Positions 63,590 to 64,000 of a stretch of 64,000 nt of DNA are shown in pieces. This DNA is from Camelus ferus (taxonomy: Eukaryota). The DNA lies in contig NC_045697.1 of NCBI RefSeq assembly GCF_009834535.1, positions 105,526,001 through 105,590,000 on the forward strand, read 5' to 3'. The notes under the pieces are model-generated. The model made no database searches. It saw only the letters and a program-made list of their open reading frames with translations, and was not told where the DNA came from. Numbering within the stretch: position 1 is the first letter of the stretch; every line of letters begins with the position of its first letter. The position numbers were made by a program, and so were the translations under genes.

Positions 63590-64000
63590 TTATGACATAT
63601 CTTTACCCATACTTTAATTTTCAGTATTTCTGGGTTCTTTCTGTTATGTTGTAACTCTTATAATTAATATACAGTTAGAATTTTAAAAAATGTAGTCTAC
63701 AGTTTTTTGTCCTTTAACTGAAATATGTTATGCATTTAGGCTTAGGGTAATTACTAATATTTCAAGCTGTCCTGCATTTTCTTTTCTTTTCTTGTCTTTT
63801 CCTACTTTGGAAATTGTATACTATATTATGTTTCCTTTCCTTTAGCGGTTTCCCCAGAAATTATAATGTGAATAATTAATACATAAAAGTCTAATGTCAA
63901 ACAAAACCTTTATCTCTCTCCTAGACAATACAACTCTTAAAAACCTATAATTCCATTTTACTCACCTTTTGATTTGTATTATTTTGCTAGGAATTTTAAT
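63590..64000 (-). mobile_element. Old L1 (L1ME-like) fragment running off the window
   Basis: T-rich antisense L1-like text: CATATCTTTACCCATACTTTAATTTTCAG...TCTTATAATTAATATACAGTTAGAATTT...TAGTCT. Confidence 0.55.

Overview
AT-rich mammalian non-coding DNA (intronic or intergenic) with no recognisable host protein-coding exon. The only ORFs with a recognisable product are decayed LINE-1 ORF1/ORF2 remnants. The window is a mosaic of L1s of several ages, L2, MIR, hAT MITEs (MER20/MER5-like), ERVL/MaLR and ERV1-type solo LTRs and microsatellites, including a ~10 kb nested L1 pile-up at 17.9-28.3 kb. The young L1 3'UTRs look cetartiodactyl-type, and I recognised no Alu, B1/B2, CHR/Bov-tA, PRE-1 or Can-SINE, which tentatively suggests a camelid. 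The most notable observations are: (i) a TSD-flanked, tail-less retrocopy of exactly the 5' half of tRNA-Glu(CTC) at 13135-13169; (ii) two twin-primed 5'-inverted L1s with readable TSDs; (iii) an almost empty poly(A)-only TPRT scar at 49.4 kb; (iv) plus-strand splice-signal clusters, including a possible recursive splice site at 50.99 kb; (v) several CpG-retaining, motif-rich unique segments that may be enhancers. I found no evidence for a new multi-gene system. Repeat family names are from recall of consensus sequences, and boundaries of old repeats are approximate.
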